A program made the position numbers and the translations under genes. Below are positions 1-9,810 of a DNA stretch of 64,000 nt, piece by piece; the first letter of the stretch is position 1; the number at the start of each line of letters is the position of its first letter. The notes below the pieces were generated by a model that was not told the origin of the DNA, searched no databases, and saw nothing but the letters and a program-made list of their open reading frames with translations. Origin of the DNA: a virus (taxonomy: Duplodnaviria; Caudoviricetes); the IMG/VR virus record IMGVR_UViG_3300005686_000008; one strand, written 5' to 3'.

Positions 1-2
1 GA

Positions 3-734
3 GGTGGCGCTCCTGGCGGGATGGATATGGGCATGGGCGGTGGAGCTCCTGGTATGGATGGTGGTATGGGCGGCGCTCCTGGTATGGATGGTGGCATGGG
101 CGGAGGAATGGGAGGTATGGGCGGAGGCATGGGAGGGGGCATGGGAGGGGGCATGGGCGGCGGTATGGGCGGTCCTATGGGCGCTGCCGCTGGAGGGTCT
201 CCTCAGAAGATATATAGGAAAGGCAAAGGCCCAAAAGATGATGACAAAGATATGCAACCTATGAGGCCGACATCTATTCCTTTGACTAAGCCCGAATCAA
301 AGATGTATAGAACGTTGTTATCAATGAAGTTGCCTTTCAAGCTTTTTGCTCAGTATAAGCAGCCGGTTCCAAATGATTCAAACTTCTATCTTATGGATTT
401 TGCAGTTCCGCAGATAGGTGTTGATATTGAGGTTGACGGTCAAAAATGGCATTCTTCTGAAGAAGATAGGCAAAAAGATAAAGAAAGAGATATGACTCTT
501 GCTTCTTTTGGATGGAGAGTTTTGAGATTTACTGAAGATGCAATTGGAGAACATATAGATAAGGTTCAACAAGTTATTAGTAAAGAACTTGCTGAGGCAG
601 CAAAAGAAAAGAAAGCAATGTCAAAGAAGGCTCAAGCGGGCGAAACATTGAAATATAATCATGTAGAATTTAGTCCATTTGAAGGCTGTGTCGTTTGTAA
701 GTATACTCTTTCGAGCGAGGTAAAAGAAGGATGA
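3..734 (+). CDS. 5'-truncated protein: Gly/Met-rich low-complexity segment followed by a Vsr/DUF559-like endonuclease domain; possibly the C-terminus of the portal protein
   Basis: The frame is open from the window edge. (GGM)n/GGAPGMDGGM repeats are followed by E..MY..L...AQY....Y.MDF.VP...VDIEVDG.KWH......KD.ERD..L...GWRVLRF, the DUF559 pattern. Portal identity is inferred only from its position upstream of the protease and capsid genes. Confidence 0.6.
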   Translation, partial: GGAPGGMDMGMGGGAPGMDGGMGGAPGMDGGMGGGMGGMGGGMGGGMGGGMGGGMGGPMGAAAGGSPQKIYRKGKGPKDDDKDMQPMRPTSIPLTKPESKMYRTLLSMKLPFKLFAQYKQPVPNDSNFYLMDFAVPQIGVDIEVDGQKWHSSEEDRQKDKERDMTLASFGWRVLRFTEDAIGEHIDKVQQVISKELAEAAKEKKAMSKKAQAGETLKYNHVEFSPFEGCVVCKYTLSSEVKEG

Positions 735-1174
735 GCAATCTCGTATATAACTTGAATAAGGTTGCTGGTCGTAAAAGGATCAAAGACCGAGGTATTAAGT
801 GGGAAGAGACTTACCGAGAAAGGTCTAAGCCTCTCAAGAAAAAGTTTGAAGAGCAGGTTGGTCCTGGATCTTACTACCGTTGGGAAGGTAGAGATTATAC
901 AACCAACTCAGTATATTATGTTGTTGTTGGTCCGTCTATGCAACACAATGTAGGTAAGGTTTTCTTTGCTGGTATCAAAAAGATTCCGCTTGAAGAATTT
1001 ACCAAAGACCCAGATACTAAAACCTATAGCCCTTATGGTGAATATTTCCCGACAATGAAGGGCGCTCTTATTTACGCAAGTCAAAGATGGGGAACTCCTG
1101 TTCCAAGAAACCAAGTTCCTTACAACAAAGATTCATTAGCAAACGCAGATATTCCGGAGCATGTTAAGGCATGA
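731..1174 (+). CDS. hypothetical head-region protein
   Basis: 147-aa ORF with ATGA overlaps on both sides; N-terminal NLNKVA (K-x-A) motif. Confidence 0.7.
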   Translation: MSNLVYNLNKVAGRKRIKDRGIKWEETYRERSKPLKKKFEEQVGPGSYYRWEGRDYTTNSVYYVVVGPSMQHNVGKVFFAGIKKIPLEEFTKDPDTKTYSPYGEYFPTMKGALIYASQRWGTPVPRNQVPYNKDSLANADIPEHVKA

Positions 1175-3066
1175 GTGATAATCCTAAAATTCTCATAGAT
1201 AAGATGCTAAAGCAAGCTGATATGCCAGCAATGCCTGGCTCTATCAATGTTAAAAATAGGGGTTTGGATTTTCATGTGTTTGACAGAAATAGGTTTAAGC
1301 AAAAGATATCAAAACTTCCGGATGTTGTGAAAGAAAGTATACAAAGACAGATTGCTGACTTTGATAGGGCGTTTAAGAAGTTTCCTGCTGCAAGAAGTCA
1401 AGATTATTCTGGTATGCTTAGAATAGCATATGCGGAAGATAGATTGATTGGAGAAAAGGAGCTTGGAGATCTTTCTAGAGAACAACCCGACCTAGTTAAT
1501 ACAGCAAACTTCGTAAGAGAATATGGAATACAACTTCCGTCCGATTCTGCTGGTTTTTCTGCGGGAGCTAAGGTTGATAAGGGTATAGGTTCTAATTATT
1601 GGTTTTCTATTTTTGGTTATGCATATCAAGATCTTGCAAGTCAAGGCCTTGAGTATCATGTTGCTCAAAAGAGAAATTCAATCCCAAGACATATACAAGA
1701 AAATGTTACTGGTAAGGAAAGACCAAATTCTGCGAATGGAACATTCCAAGTCGTTCCTGCTGGTAATGGATTTACTTTTGGCATTGTTAATGAAAATGGA
1801 GTTACTAATATATTTGATCCAGCGGTGTCTTCGAATACAGTTATTATGAGGAAGTTCTTTAACGACCCAATTATAATGAACAGAAGCGCTGTTTATGTTT
1901 CTCCTATAGATGGCTTTGTTCCTGATGAACAAGCGGTCCAGTTTCAGTTCAATCCTGAATCTACATTTATCAAATATGTCAATAATGCTGATGCCATGAT
2001 TAGGAATAACGAACAGCAAGCGAAGTTTATTTGGGGTATTTTTTCAGATCCAAATAACGGAGCATTTTATATACAGAAGAAGCAGAGATACGGAGCAGGA
2101 GGAAGACCTGTAATAGATAAAGAGACAGGACAGAAGGTTGAAAGAGTTATTGGAGATAAAATTGTTCTTAACTTTGAACAGGTTTCTTCTTTGGCAAATA
2201 AAGATACTATAGGTAGAGTTTATAGTGTTACCGCTCAGTCTGAGGGAGAGATTTTTGATAAGTCGGAGGTTGCGAGCGGATATAAATATGCATATGCTAT
2301 TGAAGATGAAAATACTCTTCAAAAAATTATGAATCCAAGAAATAGAGAAGAGTTTACTTATTCTGTTCCTGCTCTAAGGCAACTTAAGAAATGGATTGAT
2401 GATAGATCAAGCCGTTATTCTTTTGACGAAGATGGAAATGCTATTCAGTCATCATCGGGTTCTCATACAGCTTTAGAGGGTTTTGTTATTTATATGGCTG
2501 GTCCTGATTTTAGTATTGGATACAATCCTGACCAAGCAACTGCTTTGGGTAAGCCAGATATGACTCAGTATAAAGATCTTCCTGGTGGAGAAGTTGAAGA
2601 TTCTACGGGTTCTTTTCTTCATGTAAATAGAATGTCTTTCGTTGTTGTTGCTAAACAAATATCTATACCAAGAATGATGGCTAGCGAAAGATATTATGAA
2701 AACAAGTTTGGTCAAAAGAAAGTTATACTTTCTCCTTGGAGAGAAGTAAGAACAGGACTTCCTTCTTTGTCTGCTGCTGTGGCTGAAATGAAGAAAATTA
2801 TAGTAGGACAGGGAGGAAAAATTGTAGAGGATGATGAAGGGAATATAATTGAGAAAGATCCTTTGCCGAATCTTAGTCCAGATGCTAGGGGAGTTCAGAG
2901 GGCTGATAAAGTATTTGATCAATTTGTTGGAAGAGAACCGATACAACCTATTAAGAAGCAACCTCTTATGCGTCCCCCAGTTGAAGATGTAGGCCCAGAC
3001 CACCCGGACGCCCAAGCCTCTAATCTAGCTAAGAAGATAATCAGGAGTTTCAATAACAATGTTTGA
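1171..3066 (+). CDS. hypothetical protein, probably virion/head-associated
   Basis: 631-aa ORF coupled to both neighbours; N-terminal MLKQAD motif; no recognisable family. Confidence 0.65.
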   Translation: MSDNPKILIDKMLKQADMPAMPGSINVKNRGLDFHVFDRNRFKQKISKLPDVVKESIQRQIADFDRAFKKFPAARSQDYSGMLRIAYAEDRLIGEKELGDLSREQPDLVNTANFVREYGIQLPSDSAGFSAGAKVDKGIGSNYWFSIFGYAYQDLASQGLEYHVAQKRNSIPRHIQENVTGKERPNSANGTFQVVPAGNGFTFGIVNENGVTNIFDPAVSSNTVIMRKFFNDPIIMNRSAVYVSPIDGFVPDEQAVQFQFNPESTFIKYVNNADAMIRNNEQQAKFIWGIFSDPNNGAFYIQKKQRYGAGGRPVIDKETGQKVERVIGDKIVLNFEQVSSLANKDTIGRVYSVTAQSEGEIFDKSEVASGYKYAYAIEDENTLQKIMNPRNREEFTYSVPALRQLKKWIDDRSSRYSFDEDGNAIQSSSGSHTALEGFVIYMAGPDFSIGYNPDQATALGKPDMTQYKDLPGGEVEDSTGSFLHVNRMSFVVVAKQISIPRMMASERYYENKFGQKKVILSPWREVRTGLPSLSAAVAEMKKIIVGQGGKIVEDDEGNIIEKDPLPNLSPDARGVQRADKVFDQFVGREPIQPIKKQPLMRPPVEDVGPDHPDAQASNLAKKIIRSFNNNV

Positions 3067-6000
3067 AAAAAGAGCAAAAACATCGACTCAAATGGCTGTT
3101 GAAGCCCTGCATGTCCCGAAAGGCGGGGCATGGGACTTTTATAATACTTCTCGAATTAAGGTCGCTTCTATAGATAAAACTAAGCAATCAGATCTTGGAG
3201 GATTTGACCTTAAGGCCGCAATAGAGAAAAACCCAGACAATCTATTTGTTAAGGTTTTTGCTATTAAAGCAAATGAAGTGAATGATAACGGAGATTGTTT
3301 TTCTACTGAAGAACTTAAGAAGGCTGCTCACACCTTCGTTGGCGTTCCTGTTTTTGTAAACCATCAAAATGATAATGTAGAGAATGCTAGAGGTAAGGTT
3401 GTTCATTCTTGGTGGGATGAATCTTCAAACGGGATTTACTGTATCAATATGGTTGATAGAGCAGCCTACCCACGACTTGCAAGAGGCATCGAAGAAGGCT
3501 ATATAACAGGAACTTCGATGGGCGCTCAGGTTTCTTATTCTATATGTTCAATTTGCCATAATAAGGCGCATACCGCAGATGAGTTCTGCTCCCATGTTAA
3601 GGGAGGTAAAAACAGAAAACTTAGCGGTAAGCATGAATGTAAGTATCATGATAGTCCATGTAAACCGCAAGATCCATGTCCTCTTGACGGGAAAAAGGTG
3701 GGCGAGGCAAAAGAGATTTTGCACAAAGAATCAAAAGTCTATGAATGGAACTATGACATAAAATTCATAGAAGATAGCTTTGTGGTCAATCCTGCATGCC
3801 ATGATTGTTTAGTATGCGATATATTGAACCTAGATGTCCTAAAAACTACGGTATCTTCTAAGATTGAAGAACTTAAAAAGGTTGCTTCTGTTCTTAGCGA
3901 TTCTGTTAGCAAAATGACGGAAGGTTCAATGGAAAAAACTGCTGGGAAGACAGAGCTTCAGGCTTTGACTCAGGCTATGAATCTTATGGAGCATGTTGCT
4001 CGCTCTATGATGGCTCAGAAACAGCAAATACAACTTGATTATGTTAGCGATCTTGTTGAGCAACTAGCTAAGGTTCAGTCTCTAACGGATGAATTAACAG
4101 AGATGGGTTATGCTCAACTTCCATCTCCGCCAGAGCAGTCTATTGCTCTTGGTAATGTTATGTCTTTGGACCCTCAATCTGCTTCTCAGCAAGTAATGAA
4201 TCCTGGCATGGTTGGACAGCAATCTCAGCAGCCTCAAATGCCAGCACAAAGTTTAACACAACCAAGCGGAACTCCTCAATCTGGTTCTCTTGATGGTATA
4301 GGAAGTGTAACTAGACCATCATTTTCGGGAGCTTCTCAAGAAATTAAAGAGGAATTTTTAAAGCAATCTGCGTATATTAGCGATAAGCTAGAAAATGTTA
4401 GTTCTGCATTGCGCGCCTCGATGGTTTTGCTAGCACAAAGGAGTACGGAAGTGGCAAATTCTGAACACGTTGCAGAGTTTACTAATGATGGATATAAGAT
4501 TACCATTGCTAATGTAGAAGGCAATGGTATTGTTGTTGGTAAATGGAAGGATAGCAAACTCGTAAGTTGGGCTTCCGTAGATGAATTCGGCGATGAAATT
4601 AAGTCGCTTGTATCTTCGAATCCGCAAGAGGCCGCAAAACTCATACTTAGTCATTATCAGAAAGAATCAGGAGTCAATATGTCTGCAAACAAAACAACCA
4701 AGGTAGCATCGGGTGATACCGCTCAGCAGGAAGTTATTACACAAGCACAACTTGAAAACGTAAGTTCCGCTATTGGAGCGAGAGAAGGAAAATATCCTGA
4801 AGTTACTACGCAAGCTCAGCTTGACGGTAAGGCTGAACTTAAGCCTTTAAATGACACCACTTCTGATAGCCCACAGGTTCGTAAGGGCGACTATCCAGAG
4901 GTTATAACCCAAGCGCAGCTTGATGAAATTGATAGTGATTCTCATGCTCGTTGGGATAGCTATCCAGAAGTTATAACTCAGGCACAATGGGATGAAATGA
5001 GCCGCAGAGTTTCTTCGTCTCTTGGTTCTGATTACACGGATCAAATTACTCAGGCTCAGTTGCAGTCTTTGCAGAAGTCTCATAAGTGGACTATGCCAGA
5101 GACGATTACTCAAGATCAACTTAATGATCAAAAGAAGGTTTCTCCAGAAGGTAAAGCAGATTCTGTTCGTTGGGCTTCCGCAAAGATGCTTGTTAAGGCA
5201 GCATCTAGCGCAGTTGCTGATGCGATTGCGAACTACGGACTTACCCCAAGCGACATTAACTCTGTAATGAATCAAATCAATGCATCTCCTTACACAGCTA
5301 TTAAGGCTTCGTATCTTGTTCTTATCAATGCATCTCCTAACAAGGTTAAGGCTCGCACAGCTTCTCGTAATCGCAAGAATTATTTTGCGAAGGTTGCAAA
5401 CTCTTCTAATAATGTTAATGCCATTGACGGCTTGCTCTCAGCTATGGGAGATAACATTGGAAACCTTAAGGGCGAAGACTTTGTTGATGCTATCAAGTTT
5501 GTAGTTTCTGATAAGAAGGCATTTGCATCTGCTGAACAAGCAGCTCACATTAAACTTGCCGCTTCTGAAAATACAGAGGAAGTCGTTAGCAAGGAAGAGT
5601 CTTTCCGTCAAGCTTTTGCTGAATTGGATCGTCCAGAAGACGGTCTTTATAAGATTTGCGGAACTCTTACGGAAGACGTAAAAGTAGATCCAGCAAATAA
5701 GAGTGAATTCATGAAAGCCTTGTTTACATTCGCCAAGAGCAATATAGATGTTCCATTTGTTATTGCTAAGGTTGACTTGGACAAGGAAGCTGGCGTATTT
5801 GAGATGACTTGCAAGGAAGAGGGTGTTTGCTCTGATGCAGAGAAGAAAGCCTTTGCTTCTGCAATGAATGCTCAGTTCAAGACTGCAACTCAGAAGCCTC
5901 AGAATGATAAGAAAGAGACTCGCGCTTCTTCGAGAACCGCACTTGTTAAGGAAGCTCAGATGATGGGCGGACAGATGGGCGGCGGAATGGGCGGCGGCGG

Positions 6001-9000
6001 TCCTGCTGGCGGAATGGGAGCAACCATGCCTGGCGCTGACGCCGGAATGGGCGGCGATCCTGCTGCTGAAAATCTCGGCGGCGGAATGGATGACCTTGGC
6101 GGCGGCGAAGAAGATATGGCAGGCGAAGGCGATATGCAGCCTAAGCCACCTGGCACAATCTGTCCAGTTTGCGGTTCTAGCGACGTTGATGTTCTAGACG
6201 GCAAGGGTAAGTGCGGAAACTGCTCTGCTGAATTCGCTTATAAGGTTGAACTTGAAATTACAAAGTATCCTGGCCTCCTTGATTCTGGCAATGAAGACAA
6301 GGGCGATGAGGGTGGCTTGGGCGATGAAGGCGGAGAAGGCTTCGCTCTTCCAGAAGCCGGTGGCGAGGGTGGAATGGGCGGCGAAGAGCCAGCATCTCTC
6401 CCTGTTGCAGCTATGACTCGTTTGACTTCTCAGATGCTTAAGAAGGCCGCTGAAGATGCAGCAGCCAAGAATCAGAAGTGGTCTCTTGGGTCAATCAGCC
6501 CTTACACTGGTTCTACCAGCGTAATGAAGCTCGATAATAACAAGTTCTTGTGCCTTGATACTGGCGCAACTTATGAAGTTCATGTTGCTGGTGTTGAGAA
6601 GGGCGGAAAGAAGGCTGTTTATGCAGAGTGGAGATTCAATGCTCTTCCTCTCTCTCGCGGCTGCGCAAGTTGCCGTCGTAAGAGCGCTATTTTCGCCAAG
6701 GCTCTCAAGGCTAGCGGAATATCTGAAGATACCTTTAGTTCAATGATGCTTGCTGATAAAGGCAAGACAATCTTGGCTATGAAGGATAAGGGTTTGTTCA
6801 ACAATGTAAAGACAGCATCTGTTGGTTCTGTTCTTGCTGGTCTCAAGAAGACAGCATCTTTCGGAAGCAAGTTCCCAATTGAGACTTGCCGCGAGAAGAT
6901 TGCTCGTAAGTATGGACAAGACGCTCTTGCAATGAGCGGACCATGCGAAGGTAAGAATCTTGCTGATTGCGTTTGTCAGAAACTCTCCACCGCTGGTGTT
7001 TATGCCAACGATGTAGCAGTCAAGCTTGCAAGCGTATGGGCAGCGCCAGATCAGATGGTACAGTGCGTTGAAGATTTCATTCGTTCTAAGCAGTTCAATA
7101 TGAAGCAAGCATGCTTCATCTGCGATCAGCTTAAGACTAAGTATGCTCAGTTTGAAGATCATCTTTCTGATGAGTTGTCAGCCGAACCATCCTCTCCTCC
7201 TCCAATTGGTGGAGAGCCAGCCCCTGAAGGCGATATTGGCGGCGATGTTGGCGGCGAGCTTGGCGGAGATATAGATCCATTTGCTAGCGACATGGGCGGA
7301 GAAGCCCCTGTTGGCGAAGCTCCTCTTGGGGGCGAAGCTCCTCTTGGGGGCGAAGCTCCTCTTGGGGGCGAAGGATCGCTCGGTGGTCAGACTATAACAA
7401 TCGAATTGCCTCTTGATGTTATCGAGCAGTTTGATGCAGCTATAGATTCTGCTAAGGGAGAAAATCCAGCAGCAGAACCTCATCACCAGATGCCTTTAGA
7501 TGGAACCGCAACGATTTCTCTTCCTGGCGAAGTTGCTGAAGGTGTAGACCAAGCAGCCGACCAAGCTCTTGAGACCGCAGTAGATGCAACTCAGGATGTT
7601 GGAAGCGCCGTTGGCGGGGCTATTGATGCTGTTCAGGATGCTGTTCAAGAGGCACCTGGCGTAACTGATGCAAATCCTGTAGAACTTAAGACTGATGCAG
7701 CTCCGGCTCCTGGCGAGACCGAAGTTTCCGCTCCTGCTCCAGAAGGCGAAGTCTCTGAACCATCCGAAGAGGCTCATGAATCTAATGAGCCAGAAGAAGG
7801 TGGAGAAGAGAATTCTGAAGAAAATTCGGAAGAAAAAGAGGATTCTGATTCAGACTTCTTGAAGAGTGGCGAAGAGGAGACGGTTGATCATATGGCACAG
7901 TCCGCAGCAAATACATTCAAGAAGGGCAAGATTTCTTCCGCCGCAGGTGGAAGTAGCCTTGACCTTACTAATGTTATGAAGGTTCTAGCCTCTCAAGGAA
8001 AGATTGCTAAGGAAGTAACTCTTAAGAACGTCCAAGACCATACCGAAGATTTTGGTAAGGTAAAGGACGGCGGAACAATGGGTCATGAAGAGAAGTTTGA
8101 CGCCAAGAAGCCAGAAGTCTTCAGCGGCGATGCAACGATGGGCGGCGAAAAGGATGCTGGACTTGCTCCTGCAACTAATAAGCCAGAATTCGATGCTGGT
8201 AGCGGAGAAATGGGTCATGAGAAGGAAGTAGGTTATACTTCCGAGAAGACTCACGAAGCAACTGGTGGATTCCAGGGCGCTGGAAACCATGCTGCTTCTA
8301 GTAAGGCTCGTACAGCCTCTCTTGCAGAGAGAATAATCACTGCAAGCGCAAAGAAGACCGCTTCTGATAAGAAGCTCGAAAAAGCAGCTCCTGTTTCTGA
8401 AGATGGCGATACAAAGCCATATGCAGCAAATAAGGACTTGCCAAAGAGCGGCAACCCAATAACTCCTCAAGAATCAGCAGATATTGGTAAGATTGAAGCC
8501 GGAGATTCCAGCTTCATGGGTCATGAAAAAGAAACATTAGTAAGCGTACCAAAGGAAGAAAACGCTGCACCAAGCATTCCTGCTGGCGGCGGAACGAATC
8601 CTAAGTACGATAACAACGAAAAGAATGCGCCTGAAAAACAAACAGCGCATAAGGGAACGGTCATTGCTGGTGGCGATGCAGAGTCCTTGGCGGCAAAGAA
8701 AGAAGCTGCTACAAGAATCGCAGGTCGTAAGCTCAAGGCAGGCATGATTGAACTTGATAAGCTTGCCTCAGAAATCGAGAAGCTTTCTCGTTATGAGCCA
8801 TCCGACTTGAAGGATCTTGAGACAGCCCTTTTCGGAGCTACCAAGAAGGGACTCGACACCGTTGCGAAAGGCACAGAAAAGCCTTTGGTAATATCCGAAC
8901 GTTCTAACCAAAGAAAAATTGGTTCAGAATTGAAGGAATCCATTCAGAGTATGTTTACTCTAAATAGGAATAATCAGCTCGCGCAGGACGATCCTAGCAC

Positions 9001-9034
9001 CGAGTTGAACACAAACTTTAGAAGGTTCAAGTAA
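3059..9034 (+). CDS. giant prohead protease / scaffolding protein
   Basis: The N-terminal domain has N.NGD.F...EL....TF.G.PVFVNH...ARG.V, SMGA.V..S.CSIC.N...FC.H and F.E.SFV.NPA, typical of large-phage prohead proteases. It is followed by long acidic, Gly/Pro-rich and helical regions with several CxxC pairs. It lies directly upstream of the decoration-like and capsid genes. Confidence 0.75.
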   Translation: MFEKRAKTSTQMAVEALHVPKGGAWDFYNTSRIKVASIDKTKQSDLGGFDLKAAIEKNPDNLFVKVFAIKANEVNDNGDCFSTEELKKAAHTFVGVPVFVNHQNDNVENARGKVVHSWWDESSNGIYCINMVDRAAYPRLARGIEEGYITGTSMGAQVSYSICSICHNKAHTADEFCSHVKGGKNRKLSGKHECKYHDSPCKPQDPCPLDGKKVGEAKEILHKESKVYEWNYDIKFIEDSFVVNPACHDCLVCDILNLDVLKTTVSSKIEELKKVASVLSDSVSKMTEGSMEKTAGKTELQALTQAMNLMEHVARSMMAQKQQIQLDYVSDLVEQLAKVQSLTDELTEMGYAQLPSPPEQSIALGNVMSLDPQSASQQVMNPGMVGQQSQQPQMPAQSLTQPSGTPQSGSLDGIGSVTRPSFSGASQEIKEEFLKQSAYISDKLENVSSALRASMVLLAQRSTEVANSEHVAEFTNDGYKITIANVEGNGIVVGKWKDSKLVSWASVDEFGDEIKSLVSSNPQEAAKLILSHYQKESGVNMSANKTTKVASGDTAQQEVITQAQLENVSSAIGAREGKYPEVTTQAQLDGKAELKPLNDTTSDSPQVRKGDYPEVITQAQLDEIDSDSHARWDSYPEVITQAQWDEMSRRVSSSLGSDYTDQITQAQLQSLQKSHKWTMPETITQDQLNDQKKVSPEGKADSVRWASAKMLVKAASSAVADAIANYGLTPSDINSVMNQINASPYTAIKASYLVLINASPNKVKARTASRNRKNYFAKVANSSNNVNAIDGLLSAMGDNIGNLKGEDFVDAIKFVVSDKKAFASAEQAAHIKLAASENTEEVVSKEESFRQAFAELDRPEDGLYKICGTLTEDVKVDPANKSEFMKALFTFAKSNIDVPFVIAKVDLDKEAGVFEMTCKEEGVCSDAEKKAFASAMNAQFKTATQKPQNDKKETRASSRTALVKEAQMMGGQMGGGMGGGGPAGGMGATMPGADAGMGGDPAAENLGGGMDDLGGGEEDMAGEGDMQPKPPGTICPVCGSSDVDVLDGKGKCGNCSAEFAYKVELEITKYPGLLDSGNEDKGDEGGLGDEGGEGFALPEAGGEGGMGGEEPASLPVAAMTRLTSQMLKKAAEDAAAKNQKWSLGSISPYTGSTSVMKLDNNKFLCLDTGATYEVHVAGVEKGGKKAVYAEWRFNALPLSRGCASCRRKSAIFAKALKASGISEDTFSSMMLADKGKTILAMKDKGLFNNVKTASVGSVLAGLKKTASFGSKFPIETCREKIARKYGQDALAMSGPCEGKNLADCVCQKLSTAGVYANDVAVKLASVWAAPDQMVQCVEDFIRSKQFNMKQACFICDQLKTKYAQFEDHLSDELSAEPSSPPPIGGEPAPEGDIGGDVGGELGGDIDPFASDMGGEAPVGEAPLGGEAPLGGEAPLGGEGSLGGQTITIELPLDVIEQFDAAIDSAKGENPAAEPHHQMPLDGTATISLPGEVAEGVDQAADQALETAVDATQDVGSAVGGAIDAVQDAVQEAPGVTDANPVELKTDAAPAPGETEVSAPAPEGEVSEPSEEAHESNEPEEGGEENSEENSEEKEDSDSDFLKSGEEETVDHMAQSAANTFKKGKISSAAGGSSLDLTNVMKVLASQGKIAKEVTLKNVQDHTEDFGKVKDGGTMGHEEKFDAKKPEVFSGDATMGGEKDAGLAPATNKPEFDAGSGEMGHEKEVGYTSEKTHEATGGFQGAGNHAASSKARTASLAERIITASAKKTASDKKLEKAAPVSEDGDTKPYAANKDLPKSGNPITPQESADIGKIEAGDSSFMGHEKETLVSVPKEENAAPSIPAGGGTNPKYDNNEKNAPEKQTAHKGTVIAGGDAESLAAKKEAATRIAGRKLKAGMIELDKLASEIEKLSRYEPSDLKDLETALFGATKKGLDTVAKGTEKPLVISERSNQRKIGSELKESIQSMFTLNRNNQLAQDDPSTELNTNFRRFK
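4724..5121 (+). repeat. six (P)EVITQAQL-type peptide repeats in the scaffold region
   Basis: QEVITQAQL, PEVTTQAQL, PEVITQAQL, PEVITQAQW, DQITQAQL and PETITQDQL, spaced about 20-35 aa apart. Confidence 0.85.
7313..7366 (+). repeat. 18-bp tandem repeat x3 (GEAPLG)
   Basis: Three exact copies of ggcgaagctcctcttggg. Confidence 0.95.
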
Positions 9035-9071
9035 TAATCTGTACTAATAAGTACACAAAGGAGATTTTCAA

Positions 9072-9701
9072 ATGGCTTTAATTCCTCGTTATCACACAGC
9101 AGTCGCTATGTTCCCAGTTGATCCAGCAGACGTTACCTTGATCAACAACGGATCATCTGACGCAACCTATGGTATTTACCAAGGTCAAGTTGTCGGTCTA
9201 ACAAGCGCCGGCTACATCAAGCACGCAACGGCAAGCAACGCCTCCCCAACCATTCTTCCGATTGGTTTGGCTGGTGATTCTCTTGCAGCCGCCGCTGGTC
9301 ACACTGCATACCAAGCTAGCTTGGTTGTAAGCCCAGGCGGAACAACGAAGAGTACGCAGAACAGAGTTTCTGACTACTTCAATGAAACCCTTGGTTCAGG
9401 TCTTATGACCGTTTATATCACGGGCGGAGAGTTCTATACGGATATGTTCCTCTCAACTGATACGTTCACGGTTGGTGCCAAGGTTTATGCAAACCCAGTT
9501 GCTGCCTATACAACGGCAAACGCTGGTCTTGTAACTTGCTCCACAACCTCCAACGCAAGCCAGGTCGGTGTTTTGACCGCTGGTGTTAAACAGTATCCAA
9601 ACGGTGTCCCTGGCGTAGACGGTGGCGCAAACTTGGATTACTCGATGCAGCTTAATTCCTACAACGGAAGCGGCTTCATTGGTTTCGTTATGCAGCTCTA
9701 A
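9072..9701 (+). CDS. putative capsid decoration/cement protein
   Basis: Lies between the protease/scaffold and the MCP. Small, beta-rich G/A/T protein with GQVV.L...GY, PIGLA and G..VY....GLVT......VG motifs. Strong AAGGAG RBS. Confidence 0.65.
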   Translation: MALIPRYHTAVAMFPVDPADVTLINNGSSDATYGIYQGQVVGLTSAGYIKHATASNASPTILPIGLAGDSLAAAAGHTAYQASLVVSPGGTTKSTQNRVSDYFNETLGSGLMTVYITGGEFYTDMFLSTDTFTVGAKVYANPVAAYTTANAGLVTCSTTSNASQVGVLTAGVKQYPNGVPGVDGGANLDYSMQLNSYNGSGFIGFVMQL

Positions 9702-9810
9702 TGTTGCATTGTCTTAGAAGGATTGTATCTTCTAGGAAAAGGGTTACTTTTATACTGTTACCTTATGGCCTATTCAAAGGGTACACAAGGAACACTAAGG
9801 AGAATATAAA

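Noticed and set aside
1-190. GroEL C-terminal GGM tail
   Set aside because: The GGM tract is internal and followed by a nuclease domain; no chaperonin sequence is visible.
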